Notes: generated by a model not told the origin, from the sequence alone. Positions 42,964 to 54,262 are shown, numbered from the stretch's first letter. The stretch: DNA of 64,000 nucleotides from Candidatus Shapirobacteria bacterium (GCA_041661765.1 JBAZTV010000001.1:7755-71754), one strand, 5' to 3'. Numbers and translations are program-made.

Positions 42964-45959
42964 TATTTACCAAGCTCAACCCCCATCCTAATATCCTCAT
43001 TCAGTTTTTGATTAAATAACAATTTTCCTCCCATCATACTAGCCTGTGGTTCCACCTGTAATGGTTGCCAATCTTTTGGAAAAGATACTAATGTCACCAA
43101 TCCAGTATCTCCAAACCCAGACTGTTTTTGAACATAACTCACATAAGAAAATTTGTCTTTACCTGTTAAGGTATTTGCACTAGAATATTTTATTTCCACC
43201 GTTTCTTTACTCAACACTGGTACTGTCACCAAAAAACCCACTTCTTTTTTTCCATTAATTTCTTTAATTCTAATTTCATCACCCGTATAAATTTTTCTTG
43301 AATTACTCTTATCATCAATCACACTAATTTGCGATAAACTAATATCCACAGGTAAATAAACCCTTAAATAATTTTTATATTCACCACCAGGAAAATCATT
43401 ACTTTTAGCCAAATTTTCATAATTAACTTTCAATGTCCTCTCCACTAAACTTTCATTAATATCTACCACCTGTTCCATACTTCTAGATAAAAAATAATTC
43501 GTTTTATTCACCCCAAAATTAGAATCCACTACAAATAAATAATCTGAAAAACAATTTTCTTTTGTACATTTCCCTTGATACATTGTTCCATCCCATCCTA
43601 AATCAGCTGCCAATTTAGCTGTTTCATTATTATTAAAAGCCAGTTGAATTTCATTTTTTTCCAATAAATCAACCAAAGAAAAAACTAATTCTAATTGCTG
43701 TTTCGCTTTTAACCCTTTTATTTCTTCAAACATTTGACTTCCCAAAGTCCCTAAGAAACTCGCCTTCTGAGTCGATCCCGGGAAAAATTTACTTTCTGAA
43801 TAATATTCTGCCTGTTCATATAAATTATCCTTAGTAATTTTTTCTTTAAAATCAGTCACATTAATTTCTCCAATCACTCCCACAATTGCTTTCGCCACTG
43901 CCAAATTAATTCCAATCACTCCATCCACCTTTTTATTAATTTCCTGACTTAAAAACCATTGGATATCTGCCGAAGCCTTTACAAAATCAGGATTCCAATT
44001 AGCATCTCTCATAAACCAGTTTGCTTCTCCTAAATAATTTTTTATTTCTATTGGTGGTTCCACATGTCCCTTTAATTGACCATCAGCTTCATAAACATCT
44101 TTTACTTCAAAATTTAAAAGTTTTCCATTTTGAAAACTCAAAATCGCATAACTTCCAATAAATCCTCCTGTTGCCCTCAATTCTGCTTCATTTTGAAGCA
44201 ATACTAAATATTCTCTTTTTCTTCCATCCAAACCCAACATTTCTGGTAAAATTTTTATTCCTTTCGACGCCAAATTCAATTTTTCTTTTATTTCCTTTAA
44301 ATCTTGGGCTTCTTTTTGTAAAGATATCCTCCATTTTGCTGGCATCCAACTATAATCACCGTTCAATCTTGCTAAAACTAAGCCCAACTCATTATCAAAA
44401 TTAACTAAATATTCTTCTTCTTTATTTAATTCATCAGAAAAATTTATTTCTCTTTCTTTAAAAATCGCCTGACTTATTAAATCCGCACTTTGACTGATCA
44501 CAATCGAATCTTTTTCCAGTTTCAAAACATCCTCCCCCACTTTAAGTAATGTCTGATAATTTCTAATTATTTCAAATTTATTTAATCCAGTATCGTCAAT
44601 TTGCTGATCAATTTCTTTAATCCTGGTTAAATTTTTATCCACCAAAGTTTCTACCTGTTTATATTTTTTCGCTTCAATTAAAACTACATTTTCTTTAATA
44701 TTATTAAAAGCCAAAACTGTCGATATTGTCCATTTTATTGGCACTATTAATAATAAAAAAATAATTAAAAATAAAAACGGCAGTGTCCATTTATTTTTTT
44801 TAAAAAATTTATTTTTAAATTTAAATTTCTCCCTTTTTTTAAGGGGAGATGTCTCCGCAACAGCGGAGACAGATAGGTTTTGAATTAACGGGGTGGGTTT
44901 TATTATTTCATCCTCAAAACTATCATCAAATTCCTCCACCACATTTTCTTTAAAAGCCTCCGGCTTAATCTTCTCCACCTCCAACCCCATCTTTTTTTGC
45001 TTATAAAAACTTTCTATCTCCTCTAATTCCCCTGCCCTGTCAAGGGAAGGGTTAGGGATGGGTTTCAAAATTTCCTCTTCCACCACCACCTCCATTTTTC
45101 TTTTATTGACCTCTCTTTTAATCGGCTCCGGCTCTTTTTTTATAGCCTCCCTGTCAAGGGAGGTGTCCCGATTTATCGGGACGGAGGGTTTTTTAGGTTT
45201 TCTACTTTCTTCATCAGCCCTCGAAAAAAAATATTGCAAAGTTTCTATTATTCCATCTTTAAAATCATTTTTTGGCTCCCATCGTAATTTTTTCACTGAC
45301 TCTTTCAATCTTTCTTCATCTATTTTTTCAATTTCAATCTCCTTTTGCATCACCTTATACCGTGTCATTTTTGCCTCATCTATCAGCACTTTTGCCACTT
45401 CTTCACTATTTGTCTCCTTACCCAAAATTAAAAAGAATTCTTTTTCCGTTCCCGACAAAAAACTCGCCCTTAAAATTGCTTCAACCAAATCTTCAATTGC
45501 CAAGATTCTAAACCTACTTTTTAAATTTGGTAACACCAAATTTTTATTAACCACTGCCAATTTTATTGCTTCCGCTAAAAAATTATCTTCGTCCATTCCT
45601 GGACCATAAACCCCTTCCGCTTCCACCATTCTCCAATTCAAATTTAAATTCTCTAAATCATTTTTTAAAAAATCAGCCTTCTTTTTATCATTTACGCAAA
45701 CCAATGTAATTTTTTCACCCTTAAACTGATCCATTTTCCACAGGTTTTTATCTCCCAAAAAATCAAAAACATAATTAAATTTACCACTAACTTCCGACAA
45801 ATCCATCAATAACTCAAAGTTCTTTATATCGCTTAATCCAACCACATATTCCCCCACCCCAACCACATTTATATCTTTATTCGACAATTCCTCCGCCAAT
45901 TTTTTAGCCGCAAATTGATCTATTCCAATAATTAAAGCGTAAGGCAATGCCGAATTCAT
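42963..45959 (-). CDS. DUF4012-domain protein with N-terminal degenerate NAD-epimerase-like region
   Basis: YLVLLQNEAELRATGGFIGSY; MRDANWNPDF; N-terminal VYGP and LRWEPK..FKDGI..T. Confidence 0.85.
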   Translation of the reverse strand: MNSALPYALIIGIDQFAAKKLAEELSNKDINVVGVGEYVVGLSDIKNFELLMDLSEVSGKFNYVFDFLGDKNLWKMDQFKGEKITLVCVNDKKKADFLKNDLENLNLNWRMVEAEGVYGPGMDEDNFLAEAIKLAVVNKNLVLPNLKSRFRILAIEDLVEAILRASFLSGTEKEFFLILGKETNSEEVAKVLIDEAKMTRYKVMQKEIEIEKIDEERLKESVKKLRWEPKNDFKDGIIETLQYFFSRADEESRKPKKPSVPINRDTSLDREAIKKEPEPIKREVNKRKMEVVVEEEILKPIPNPSLDRAGELEEIESFYKQKKMGLEVEKIKPEAFKENVVEEFDDSFEDEIIKPTPLIQNLSVSAVAETSPLKKREKFKFKNKFFKKNKWTLPFLFLIIFLLLIVPIKWTISTVLAFNNIKENVVLIEAKKYKQVETLVDKNLTRIKEIDQQIDDTGLNKFEIIRNYQTLLKVGEDVLKLEKDSIVISQSADLISQAIFKEREINFSDELNKEEEYLVNFDNELGLVLARLNGDYSWMPAKWRISLQKEAQDLKEIKEKLNLASKGIKILPEMLGLDGRKREYLVLLQNEAELRATGGFIGSYAILSFQNGKLLNFEVKDVYEADGQLKGHVEPPIEIKNYLGEANWFMRDANWNPDFVKASADIQWFLSQEINKKVDGVIGINLAVAKAIVGVIGEINVTDFKEKITKDNLYEQAEYYSESKFFPGSTQKASFLGTLGSQMFEEIKGLKAKQQLELVFSLVDLLEKNEIQLAFNNNETAKLAADLGWDGTMYQGKCTKENCFSDYLFVVDSNFGVNKTNYFLSRSMEQVVDINESLVERTLKVNYENLAKSNDFPGGEYKNYLRVYLPVDISLSQISVIDDKSNSRKIYTGDEIRIKEINGKKEVGFLVTVPVLSKETVEIKYSSANTLTGKDKFSYVSYVQKQSGFGDTGLVTLVSFPKDWQPLQVEPQASMMGGKLLFNQKLNEDIRMGVELGK

Positions 45960-46025
45960 AGTTTATTTTAACTTAAATATTATTTACCGATCTATCTTAT
46001 TCCCCTCCTTTTTTAAGGAAGTTTT

Positions 46026-46236
46026 GTAGGGGCAGACCATTGTGTCTGCCCAACCATTAATCCCTTGCGGTTATATTTCGGCAATTATGCGGTTATTACC
46101 TTCAAAATATGTTCTAACTTTTATTATCCATACCTCCGAAACGTGAAAAAACGTCATAACCCAATTCCATAGTTTTGTCATAATTTTTAAATTTAAAAGG
46201 GAAATTTTATGTAGGGGCAGACCGTTGTGTCTGCCC
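46026..46236 (+). repeat. Pair of GTAG REP-like palindromes in direct orientation
   Basis: gtaggggcagacc(a/g)ttgtgtctgccc at 46026-46051 and 46211-46236. Confidence 0.85.
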
Positions 46237-46507
46237 AAAATAAAAGGAAAAATAGTCCCAACCAATTTCAAATGGCCAAAATTAAAATCCAAAATCTGTA
46301 CTAATTTCAAGCAGGGGAATATATCAAAAATAAAAATAAAACCTCCCTGTCAAGGGAGGTGGCGATCCCGCAACTGCGGGAGAGACGGAGGGTTTGTTCC
46401 TGAAACGCTCCGCATTTCACCAGACATAAAAAATTCGTAGCAAAAAATATATAACGAGAAAAATAAAAAAACAAAGACTTCTCCTTTTGTTAAGGGGAGA
46501 TACCGGT

Positions 46508-47737
46508 TTACCCGGAGAGAGGATTTGAGGTTCTTTTCAGCGCTAAAATCGTCAACACACAAGCCAATGCTTCCGAAAAACCCGTCACCCAAGCCGCTCC
46601 AATAATTCCAAACCTTGGAATCATTAAAAGATTACCCATAAAATTAACCACCAACACCACCAAACCTAAAATCAATATTTGTTTTTGTCCACCTTTAGCA
46701 ATCAAAGTAAAACCAAATAGATGATTGATATAAGAGAAAAAGAGGGGAATCAAAAGAATTCTTAAAACTGTTATTGATGGTTCATACCCACCTCCAGCCA
46801 ATACCGTTACCATTAATGGCGCCAATAAATAGGCGAGAGGGATTAGCACCATTAAAGCCCCCAACATAATTAAAACTGACCATTTAAACAAATTTTTTTT
46901 ACCTTCCGATTTACCTGAAAAAACCGGAAAAACACTATTCACAAAATAATAAGCCGGTTGCACCATTGTCGAATAAATTTTATAAGCTAAACCATAAAAA
47001 GCCACTTCTTTGATTCCAATAAATTTATCAATCATTAATGAATCAATCGCCCTGTCATATCCAGTAAAAACTAACATATAAACACCCATCGGCCACGAAG
47101 CTTTTAAAAAACTTAAAACAAATTTTTTGTTTAAAATTTCTAATTTAAATGTCCCCAAAACCCTCTTCAATAATTTCCATCCAATACTTAAACTTAAAAT
47201 CCTAGCTATCAAATAAACCCCAAATACCCACATTAAACTAATCGGTTCATGCCAAACCAGCAAAACTATTAAAAATATTAACGGAAAAAGAATATCTATT
47301 ATCACTTTTAATCCCATTCTCAACTCTGTTTGAAAAATTATTTCCAAACTTCCAGCCACCGACGTAAACCAAATCATCATCAAAGCTACAAACACCTCAC
47401 CTTTAATCAAAGCAAAACCATTCCAACTAAAAATTAAAATTACCCCCAAAACAAAAGCAAATAAGGTCGTTAATAATCTTGCCCAAGTTACCTGCATGAA
47501 CAAATTATTTCTTTCCTTGCCGTTCTTTCCTGAAGCCTCTTTTACCCCTATCACTTTTGTTCCAAAATCAGATATCGAATCCAAAAGTAACAGCACTGAT
47601 GTCACTAAAATATAACTACCATAAACATCAGCTCCCAATTTTCTTGTCAGTAAACCAGTCGTTACTAAACTAATTAAAACAGTAATTCCTTTAGCTACAA
47701 TCTGCACCCAAGTATTTAACAGCGACTTTTTCAACAT
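46508..47737 (-). CDS. Polysaccharide flippase (Wzx/MOP family)
   Basis: ~12 TMs; LTRKLGADVYG; SDFG; IPRFGIIGAAW. Confidence 0.88.
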   Translation of the reverse strand: MLKKSLLNTWVQIVAKGITVLISLVTTGLLTRKLGADVYGSYILVTSVLLLLDSISDFGTKVIGVKEASGKNGKERNNLFMQVTWARLLTTLFAFVLGVILIFSWNGFALIKGEVFVALMMIWFTSVAGSLEIIFQTELRMGLKVIIDILFPLIFLIVLLVWHEPISLMWVFGVYLIARILSLSIGWKLLKRVLGTFKLEILNKKFVLSFLKASWPMGVYMLVFTGYDRAIDSLMIDKFIGIKEVAFYGLAYKIYSTMVQPAYYFVNSVFPVFSGKSEGKKNLFKWSVLIMLGALMVLIPLAYLLAPLMVTVLAGGGYEPSITVLRILLIPLFFSYINHLFGFTLIAKGGQKQILILGLVVLVVNFMGNLLMIPRFGIIGAAWVTGFSEALACVLTILALKRTSNPLSG

Positions 47738-47745
47738 TATCTATT

Positions 47746-49023
47746 TTAAACAATTCCCAACACTAATACTAACAACCAAACATTTTGTGGCAAAGTCAAC
47801 CAATAATGATCAACCAAACCACTAATAACCACTACTCCTAAAATTATTTTAAAAATCCAATTTATTTTTTTTCTAGAAAAATTTTCACTAAAAAATAAAA
47901 ACATTAAAAATAATCCCAATATTCCAACCTCACTCCAAGCCAAAATAAAAATATTATGAACCGGCTGCAACCAAAAAATTCCATTGTTTTTTTGAAACTC
48001 AGGTAATCTCACCAAAAAATTTCCCAAACCTACCCCAAATAAAGATGATTCTTTTACCATTTTAAATCCCGCCACATTCAATTGAATCCTTTTTCCAATT
48101 CCGTCTGAATCCCATCCGCCCAAAAAATTAGACACTTGATACTCCATATTAACCAACCTCAATCCAAAAATTATCACTCCAAAAAACAATAATATTAAAC
48201 CAAAAATATTAAACTTGTTTTTTATATTTTTTAATAAAAATCCCAAAATTAAACCCAAAGTCAAAATCCAAATTGTTCTACTCCCCGAAACCATTATTCC
48301 CATAAATCCCAACCAAAATACCACCCACCAAAAAGTATTATTAATATACCCTCTCTTTTTTAATTTAAGCCCCACCCTGTCAAGGGAGGGGTTTGGGGAG
48401 GGTTTCAACCACCACCATAACAATAAACTCACCAATAAAAACCCCGCCAAACTATTTGGATGAGAAAAAGTTCCATAAGCCCTAATTAAACCTCTTCCCA
48501 AAACTGACATTTGCGCGATTCCAATTGTATTAAAACTAAAACTTCTTTCCCCTAACCAATAAAAAATTCCATTTAAACTTCCACTTTTAGCCATTTGAGC
48601 CATCGCCAATAAACTCTCAAAAATAATCCAACAGGGGATAATTTTAATTAAATTTTCTTTTATTAAGGCTTTATTTTTTCTAAAATAAAAAAATGTTATT
48701 AATAATTGAGCCACCCTTAACCATTTATAAAATGCCACCCAAGGATTAACCGCCATTAAAATATTTATTCCCACAAAACCCAAAATCACCAAATTTTTAA
48801 AATTAAATAGCTGCTCCCTTGTCAAGGGGAGCTGTCTCGATTTTTGTCGAGACTGAGGGGTTTTAAAAAGTTCACTTCCAATTAAAATTACCCAAACCAA
48901 ATCCAATAAATACAAAGTAGGGGACAAATAATCAATCCTAATTCCCAATAAATAGCTCCATTCTGGCCAAAAATGCTTACCTAATTGAGTCGGAATTAAA
49001 AGCAAAAATAAAAATAGCCACAC
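47746..49023 (-). CDS. O-antigen ligase family membrane protein
   Basis: RAYGTFSHPNSLAG; SGSR; GVGLGNF; PVHN. Confidence 0.88.
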   Translation of the reverse strand: MWLFLFLLLIPTQLGKHFWPEWSYLLGIRIDYLSPTLYLLDLVWVILIGSELFKTPQSRQKSRQLPLTREQLFNFKNLVILGFVGINILMAVNPWVAFYKWLRVAQLLITFFYFRKNKALIKENLIKIIPCWIIFESLLAMAQMAKSGSLNGIFYWLGERSFSFNTIGIAQMSVLGRGLIRAYGTFSHPNSLAGFLLVSLLLWWWLKPSPNPSLDRVGLKLKKRGYINNTFWWVVFWLGFMGIMVSGSRTIWILTLGLILGFLLKNIKNKFNIFGLILLFFGVIIFGLRLVNMEYQVSNFLGGWDSDGIGKRIQLNVAGFKMVKESSLFGVGLGNFLVRLPEFQKNNGIFWLQPVHNIFILAWSEVGILGLFLMFLFFSENFSRKKINWIFKIILGVVVISGLVDHYWLTLPQNVWLLVLVLGIV

Positions 49024-49133
49024 AACCCAATCTTAACATATTAAATACTTCTCCCTTGCTTGTCCGTCCGCAGCTTTAGCAAAGGAGGATCAAGGGAGGT
49101 GGTCCGAAATTTCGGACCGGAGGGTTTAATCCC

Positions 49134-49601
49134 TTAGGATTTCTTTATCACAATATGTCTCTCTTCACCTTCACCCTCTGATTCGCTCTCTATTCCTTCA
49201 ATTTCAGCTAATGTCATATGACAAATTCTTCTTTCATAAGAACTCATACTCGCCATCGGAACCGGATTACCAGTCTCCAACACTTTTTCAGCCAAAGACT
49301 TAACCATGTTTTCCAATCTTATTTTTTGTTCTCCTCGATAATTATTTACATCCAAAAGAACTCTAATTCCCTCACTAATTTGAGATCTGATAATTAAAGA
49401 TAAAACAAATTGGATTGAAGCTAAATTTCGACCTCTAAAACCAATTAATCCAGCTGGATTTTTAACTGTTATTCCAACTAAAACCTGATTTTCTTCACCA
49501 TCCACATCTTCCACAAAAGCTTTTTCCACTTCAAAATTCATTTTTTCCAAAAGTTCACAAGTGAATTTTAATATTTCTTCGTTTCTTTTTTTATTATCCA
49601 T
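49134..49601 (-). CDS. jag: Jag/KhpB KH-R3H RNA-binding protein
   Basis: LIGFRGRNL; LDVNNYR; ERRICH; located downstream of yidC. Confidence 0.88.
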   Translation of the reverse strand: MDNKKRNEEILKFTCELLEKMNFEVEKAFVEDVDGEENQVLVGITVKNPAGLIGFRGRNLASIQFVLSLIIRSQISEGIRVLLDVNNYRGEQKIRLENMVKSLAEKVLETGNPVPMASMSSYERRICHMTLAEIEGIESESEGEGEERHIVIKKS

Positions 49602-49696
49602 AGTCGCTATTTTAACACGAAAATTTTAAAAAAATTGCTCTCTTGCTTGTCCGTTCGCAGCTTTAGCGTAGGAGGATCAAGGGAAGCTGTTCCGAT

Positions 49697-50494
49697 TTAT
49701 CGGGACTGAGGGGTTTTATTCATTTTATCAACTACTATTTGTTGAACCACCATAAAACCAGACGTTATAAACCAATATAAAAGCAACCCCAATGAAAAAC
49801 TCCAACCAATAAAAATTGTCATCAACGGCATCATATAAGTCGATTGAGTTCTCATCATCGCCATCATATCATCCTCTTTATCTTTAGTAGTATTAGCAAT
49901 TGATTCACTTACTTTTGGAGCAGGCATCATCAATTTAGCACTTAAATATTGTAAAAAACCCGAACCAAGTAAAAGTATCAATGGCAATATCAAACCTGAG
50001 TCCATTCCTTGAGAAAATATTTTTGCTGGAGTCTGTATTAAATCAGAACCAAAAAAACTCATATCAAATTTAAAATTTTGATCAATTCTAAAAGATTGAA
50101 TTAAATTATTATTAATCTTTTCCAAGGGAACTTTTCCTTCAGAAAAAAGACTCACCATATTAAAAGCATAAAAAAACAAAAGCAATACCGCTATTTGAAT
50201 AATCTGAGGTAAACAACCAGACAATGGATTAACTCCTTCTTGTTTATAAAGATCCATTTGAGCTTTAGCCAAAGCTTGTTTATCCTTTCCAAATTTCTCT
50301 TTTAATTTATTTAGTTTTGGTTGTAATTCTCTTATTCTTTTAGCCGATTTTAAACTTGGCATCACCAATGGTAATAAAACTAATCTAATCACCAATGTCA
50401 CTATAATAATGGCCAATCCAAAATTGCCTACCATATAATAAACAGCAAACAAAGCATTTACAAACGGAGCAAGAAATAAATTCATATCGTTCAT
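49697..50494 (-). CDS. yidC: Membrane protein insertase YidC
   Basis: GLAIIIVTLVIRLVLLPL; GVNPLSGCLP; LYW. Confidence 0.95.
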   Translation of the reverse strand: MNDMNLFLAPFVNALFAVYYMVGNFGLAIIIVTLVIRLVLLPLVMPSLKSAKRIRELQPKLNKLKEKFGKDKQALAKAQMDLYKQEGVNPLSGCLPQIIQIAVLLLFFYAFNMVSLFSEGKVPLEKINNNLIQSFRIDQNFKFDMSFFGSDLIQTPAKIFSQGMDSGLILPLILLLGSGFLQYLSAKLMMPAPKVSESIANTTKDKEDDMMAMMRTQSTYMMPLMTIFIGWSFSLGLLLYWFITSGFMVVQQIVVDKMNKTPQSR

Positions 50495-50703
50495 TCTACC
50501 AAATCAATTCCACCTTTTGATAGGGGGTTGCATCTTAAAATTCTTTTTATTCCCAAAAACAAGCCCTTAATCACCCCATATTTTTTCACGGCTACATAAG
50601 TATATTCGGAACAAGTTGGTGTAAACCGACAATGATTTCCAATTCCAGTCCCAGAAATATATTTCTTATAAAAAACCAACATCTTCAATACTATTTTTTT
50701 CAT
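50491..50703 (-). CDS. yidD: Membrane protein insertion efficiency factor
   Basis: CRFTPTCSEY; RILRCNP. Confidence 0.95.
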   Translation of the reverse strand: MKKIVLKMLVFYKKYISGTGIGNHCRFTPTCSEYTYVAVKKYGVIKGLFLGIKRILRCNPLSKGGIDLVE

Positions 50704-51069
50704 TTATGTACGGGCAGACCATTGTGTCTGCCCCTCAATAATTCTATTTATTTCTTTTTCAACTTCATCATATTTTTTACCTAAAATTTCTTTTTTCGTC
50801 AAAAAAATCACTCTTGTCCCATTTTCAAATTTTTCTAATTTTTTTCTGACTACTTCTGATAAGACTCTTCTAATTCTATTCCGATCCACCGCTTTTTTAG
50901 AAATCTTTTTCGACACTATAAACCCAAATTTTTTCTGATCATCATTTTCTTTACACGTCAAAAAACCAAAAAGAGGAGAGTATAAAATTCTCCCTTTATT
51001 TTTAATTTCAGCAAATTCCTTCTTCAACCTAATTCTATTTTCTCTTTTTAACACAACCAATTTTATCAT
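50704..51069 (-). CDS. rnpA: Ribonuclease P protein component
   Basis: FGFIVSKKISKKAVDRNRIRR; last residues encoded by a GTAC palindrome. Confidence 0.93.
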   Translation of the reverse strand: MIKLVVLKRENRIRLKKEFAEIKNKGRILYSPLFGFLTCKENDDQKKFGFIVSKKISKKAVDRNRIRRVLSEVVRKKLEKFENGTRVIFLTKKEILGKKYDEVEKEINRIIEGQTQWSART

Positions 51070-51080
51070 TTAATATAGAC

Positions 51081-51218
51081 TTAGCCAGTTATTTTCTTTC
51101 TACCCTTAGTTCTTCTTCTTTTAAGCACGTTTCTACCATCATGATCCATCATTCTTTTCAAAAATCCATGAACACGGGCATGTTTTTTTGCTTTTCGCTG
51201 TAAAGTCATTTTTGTCAT
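51081..51218 (-). CDS. rpmH: 50S ribosomal protein L34 (absent from the ORF track)
   Basis: Manual translation MTKMTLQRKAKKHARVHGFLKRMMDHDGRNVLKRRRTKGRKKITG. Confidence 0.95.
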   Translation of the reverse strand: MTKMTLQRKAKKHARVHGFLKRMMDHDGRNVLKRRRTKGRKKITG

Positions 51219-51334
51219 AGCTGCTATTTTATCATAAAAACTAACAATCTAATATTATTTAAACCCTCCTTGTCAAGGGAGGGTCTCCGATTTATCGGAG
51301 GGGTGGGTTTTGTTTAATTTGATATCTTTTCTTT

Positions 51335-51383
51335 TGTGGAAAACTCATCTAATATAAACATTACCCCAATCGATTTTTCCACA
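51335..51383. promoter_or_regulatory. DnaA-box-like sites upstream of dnaA
   Basis: TGTGGAAAA at 51335-51343 and TTTTCCACA at 51375-51383. Confidence 0.6.
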
Positions 51384-51488
51384 ATTTCGATTTTAAACTC
51401 CTGCCTATTTAACCGTTATTTTTTATGATTTTAATCTCCCTTTAATCAAAGGGAGAAACTCCGCGACAGCGGAGAGAGGAATTTAAAA

Positions 51489-52832
51489 ATGGATATTGAA
51501 AGAATTTGGAAAAACACTCAAGAAGAGTTAAAAATAACTCTTGCCCCAGCTATCTTTCAAACTTTTGTTTTAAAAACCCAACTCATTAACCTTGAGAATA
51601 ATCTTGCCATTATTGGTTGTCCCAATACTTACTCTGTTGATTTCAACAAAAAACGCCACTATGACGTCATCAAAAACGCCCTAGACAATCAAACCAAAAA
51701 CAACAACACCCTTAATTTTATTGTCCAAGAAAATTTAAAAACCGATTTTGATACCACCAACAATACTCCACTTTTTTCCTATTCTCCCAACAGGGTTACT
51801 AATTCTTCTCTTCACCCAAAATACACTTTTGAAAACTTAGTTGTTGGTAATAGTAATAATTTTGCCTTTGCTGCCGCTCAAAGTATTGTTAAAAATCCCG
51901 GTCTTTCTTATAATCCTTTCTTTATTTGGGGTGGGGTAGGAGTTGGAAAAACTCATCTTATGCAGGCTATCGGACATGAACTTCTCAAAAAGAATCCTGA
52001 TTTAAAAATAAAATATTTTTCCGCTGAATCATTCGGCAACGAATTAATTGGTGCCCTTAAAACCAAAAACATGAATCATTTTAAAGAAAAATATCGTAAT
52101 TTAGACTGCATTCTCGTTGACGATATTCAATTTATCGCTGGTAAAGAATATACCCAACAGGAATTTTTTCACACTTTCAATGCCCTCCATATGAACGGTA
52201 AACAGGTTATTTTAACTTCCGATCGTAAACCTAGTGAAATTGACCATCTTGAAGATCGTCTTGTCTCTCGGTTTATGGGTGGCTTAACCGTCGATATTCA
52301 ACTTCCCGACTACGAAATGCGCATCGCTATTATCAGCCAAAAAATTGAAGAAAAGGGGATTCAAATTACTCCCGAGGCTGTTGAATTTTTAGCCAATAAT
52401 ATTGAATCAAATATTCGCGAAATTGAAGGTAAGCTTCAACAAATTTCCGTTCAATCTCTATCTCAACAAACAGGGGAGATAGATATTCTTTTTGTCCAAA
52501 AATTTTTCAATCCTTCCTCAACTTCTACTAATTTTAGTTTACCCACCACCAAATTAAATCCTCGTCATATTATTTCTGTCTGTGCTAAACATTTTAATAT
52601 TAAAACCAGTGACCTTTGTGGAAAAAGTCGCAAGAAAGAATTGGTCACCGCTCGTCACATTACTGCTTATTTACTCTTAACCCAAATAAACCTACCTTTA
52701 GAAGAAGTTGGACATCTTCTTGGTGGTCGTGATCATACCAGTATTATGCATGCTCGAGATAAAATAACCAACGACTTTTCCACTAATCCACAAACTCGTC
52801 AACTTATCAACCAAATCAAAAACACTTTTTAA
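51489..52832 (+). CDS. dnaA: Chromosomal replication initiator DnaA
   Basis: YTFENLVVG; GGVGVGKTHL; DDIQF; FFHTFN; GGRDHTSIMHA. Confidence 0.98.
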   Translation: MDIERIWKNTQEELKITLAPAIFQTFVLKTQLINLENNLAIIGCPNTYSVDFNKKRHYDVIKNALDNQTKNNNTLNFIVQENLKTDFDTTNNTPLFSYSPNRVTNSSLHPKYTFENLVVGNSNNFAFAAAQSIVKNPGLSYNPFFIWGGVGVGKTHLMQAIGHELLKKNPDLKIKYFSAESFGNELIGALKTKNMNHFKEKYRNLDCILVDDIQFIAGKEYTQQEFFHTFNALHMNGKQVILTSDRKPSEIDHLEDRLVSRFMGGLTVDIQLPDYEMRIAIISQKIEEKGIQITPEAVEFLANNIESNIREIEGKLQQISVQSLSQQTGEIDILFVQKFFNPSSTSTNFSLPTTKLNPRHIISVCAKHFNIKTSDLCGKSRKKELVTARHITAYLLLTQINLPLEEVGHLLGGRDHTSIMHARDKITNDFSTNPQTRQLINQIKNTF

Positions 52833-53143
52833 CCCTTAAAAAGTTTTCCACTTTACCGAACCACTTATCCACAATTTTATCCACATTTCATTTTTCATTT
52901 TTCCCCCGAAGTTTACCCAAACTCAAAAACAAACTATAAGCTATAGCTATTAATTTTTACCTTATTTTAAACCTTTTCTTACTTTATAACACTCCAATTA
53001 CTTTAATTAAATCATAACTTTCCGTTATTTTTAAAACTACCCCACTTATTAACACTCCCTACTAAACATTACTACTGTTTTGGATATTAATTATCTTTAT
53101 TAAAAACCTTTAAACCTAAACTATTTTTTGATAATATAAGTCA
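52833..53143. other. Candidate oriC (dnaA-dnaN spacer)
   Basis: Perfect DnaA boxes TTATCCACA at 52865-52873 and 52877-52885 followed by an AT-rich tract. Confidence 0.6.
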
Positions 53144-54262
53144 ATGAAACTTTCCCTTTTACAAGAAAATTTAAACACTGCATTAACTAATGTTTCTCGA
53201 TTCGTCTCTTCAAAAAATCAATTACCTATATTAAATAATATTTTATTGTCAACCGACAACGGTAGACTGAAACTTTCAGCTACTAATTTAGAATTAAGTA
53301 TTAATTATTGGATTGGAGCCAAAATTGAAGAAGAGGGGACAATAACTATTCCCTCAAAGGAGATAACTGAATTTGTTTCTTATTTAACCCCTGGAAAAAT
53401 TGATCTTTCTCTAAAAGGAAACAATCTTTTAAATTTATCTTCATCAAAAACCGAATCAACTTTCACCACTAATCCTTCCACTGATTATCCTGATTTCCCC
53501 ACCCTCAACCCAGATACTTGTTTTGAATTAGATTTAAACATTTTAACTCAAGCCGTTTCCCAAATTGCTTTTTCCGCTGCCACCGACGACAGTCGTCCAG
53601 TTTTAACCGCCATCCTTTGTCAATTTACTTCTGACAGTTTAAATTTAGTTGCTACCGATGGTTTTCGTTTATCTTTTAAAAAGATTAAACTAATTAATCC
53701 TATTGATTTAAAAACCGACCAAATCACCTTTTTAATTCCTGCCAAAAGCCTTTTAGAGGTCACTAAACTCGCTAAAACCAACACTAAAGTTAAAATAGGT
53801 TTAACATCTGACGAACATCAAGTGGTCTTCGTTCTAGATGATGTAGAGCTGGTTTCTCGACTTATTGAAGGGGAGTATCCCGCCTATCAAAGAATAGTTC
53901 CAGAATCTTTTTCCACTAAAGTCTTTTTAAATAAAGATGAATTAACCCAAGCTGTTAAAATCGCCTCTGTTTTTGCTAAAGAATCAGCCAATATTGTTCG
54001 TTTTAATATTAAAACCAATTTTATTGAACTTACTGCCAACGCTCCTCAAATCGGTCAAAACAAAGCCACTGTCGATGCTAAAATAGAAGGCGAAACCCTA
54101 GAAATCGCCTTTAATTATAAATTTTTAATAGATTTTCTTAGCGTTTGCAAAAGCCAAGAAATTATTATCGAGTTAAATGAATCCCTAACCCCAGCCTTTT
54201 TTCACGATCAATCAGATAAAGATTTCTCCCACATCATCATGCCAGTCAGATTGCAAGACTAA
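53144..54262 (+). CDS. dnaN: DNA polymerase III beta clamp
   Basis: ATNLE; RPVLT; VATDGFRL; SRLIEGEYP; IMPVR. Confidence 0.97.
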   Translation: MKLSLLQENLNTALTNVSRFVSSKNQLPILNNILLSTDNGRLKLSATNLELSINYWIGAKIEEEGTITIPSKEITEFVSYLTPGKIDLSLKGNNLLNLSSSKTESTFTTNPSTDYPDFPTLNPDTCFELDLNILTQAVSQIAFSAATDDSRPVLTAILCQFTSDSLNLVATDGFRLSFKKIKLINPIDLKTDQITFLIPAKSLLEVTKLAKTNTKVKIGLTSDEHQVVFVLDDVELVSRLIEGEYPAYQRIVPESFSTKVFLNKDELTQAVKIASVFAKESANIVRFNIKTNFIELTANAPQIGQNKATVDAKIEGETLEIAFNYKFLIDFLSVCKSQEIIIELNESLTPAFFHDQSDKDFSHIIMPVRLQD

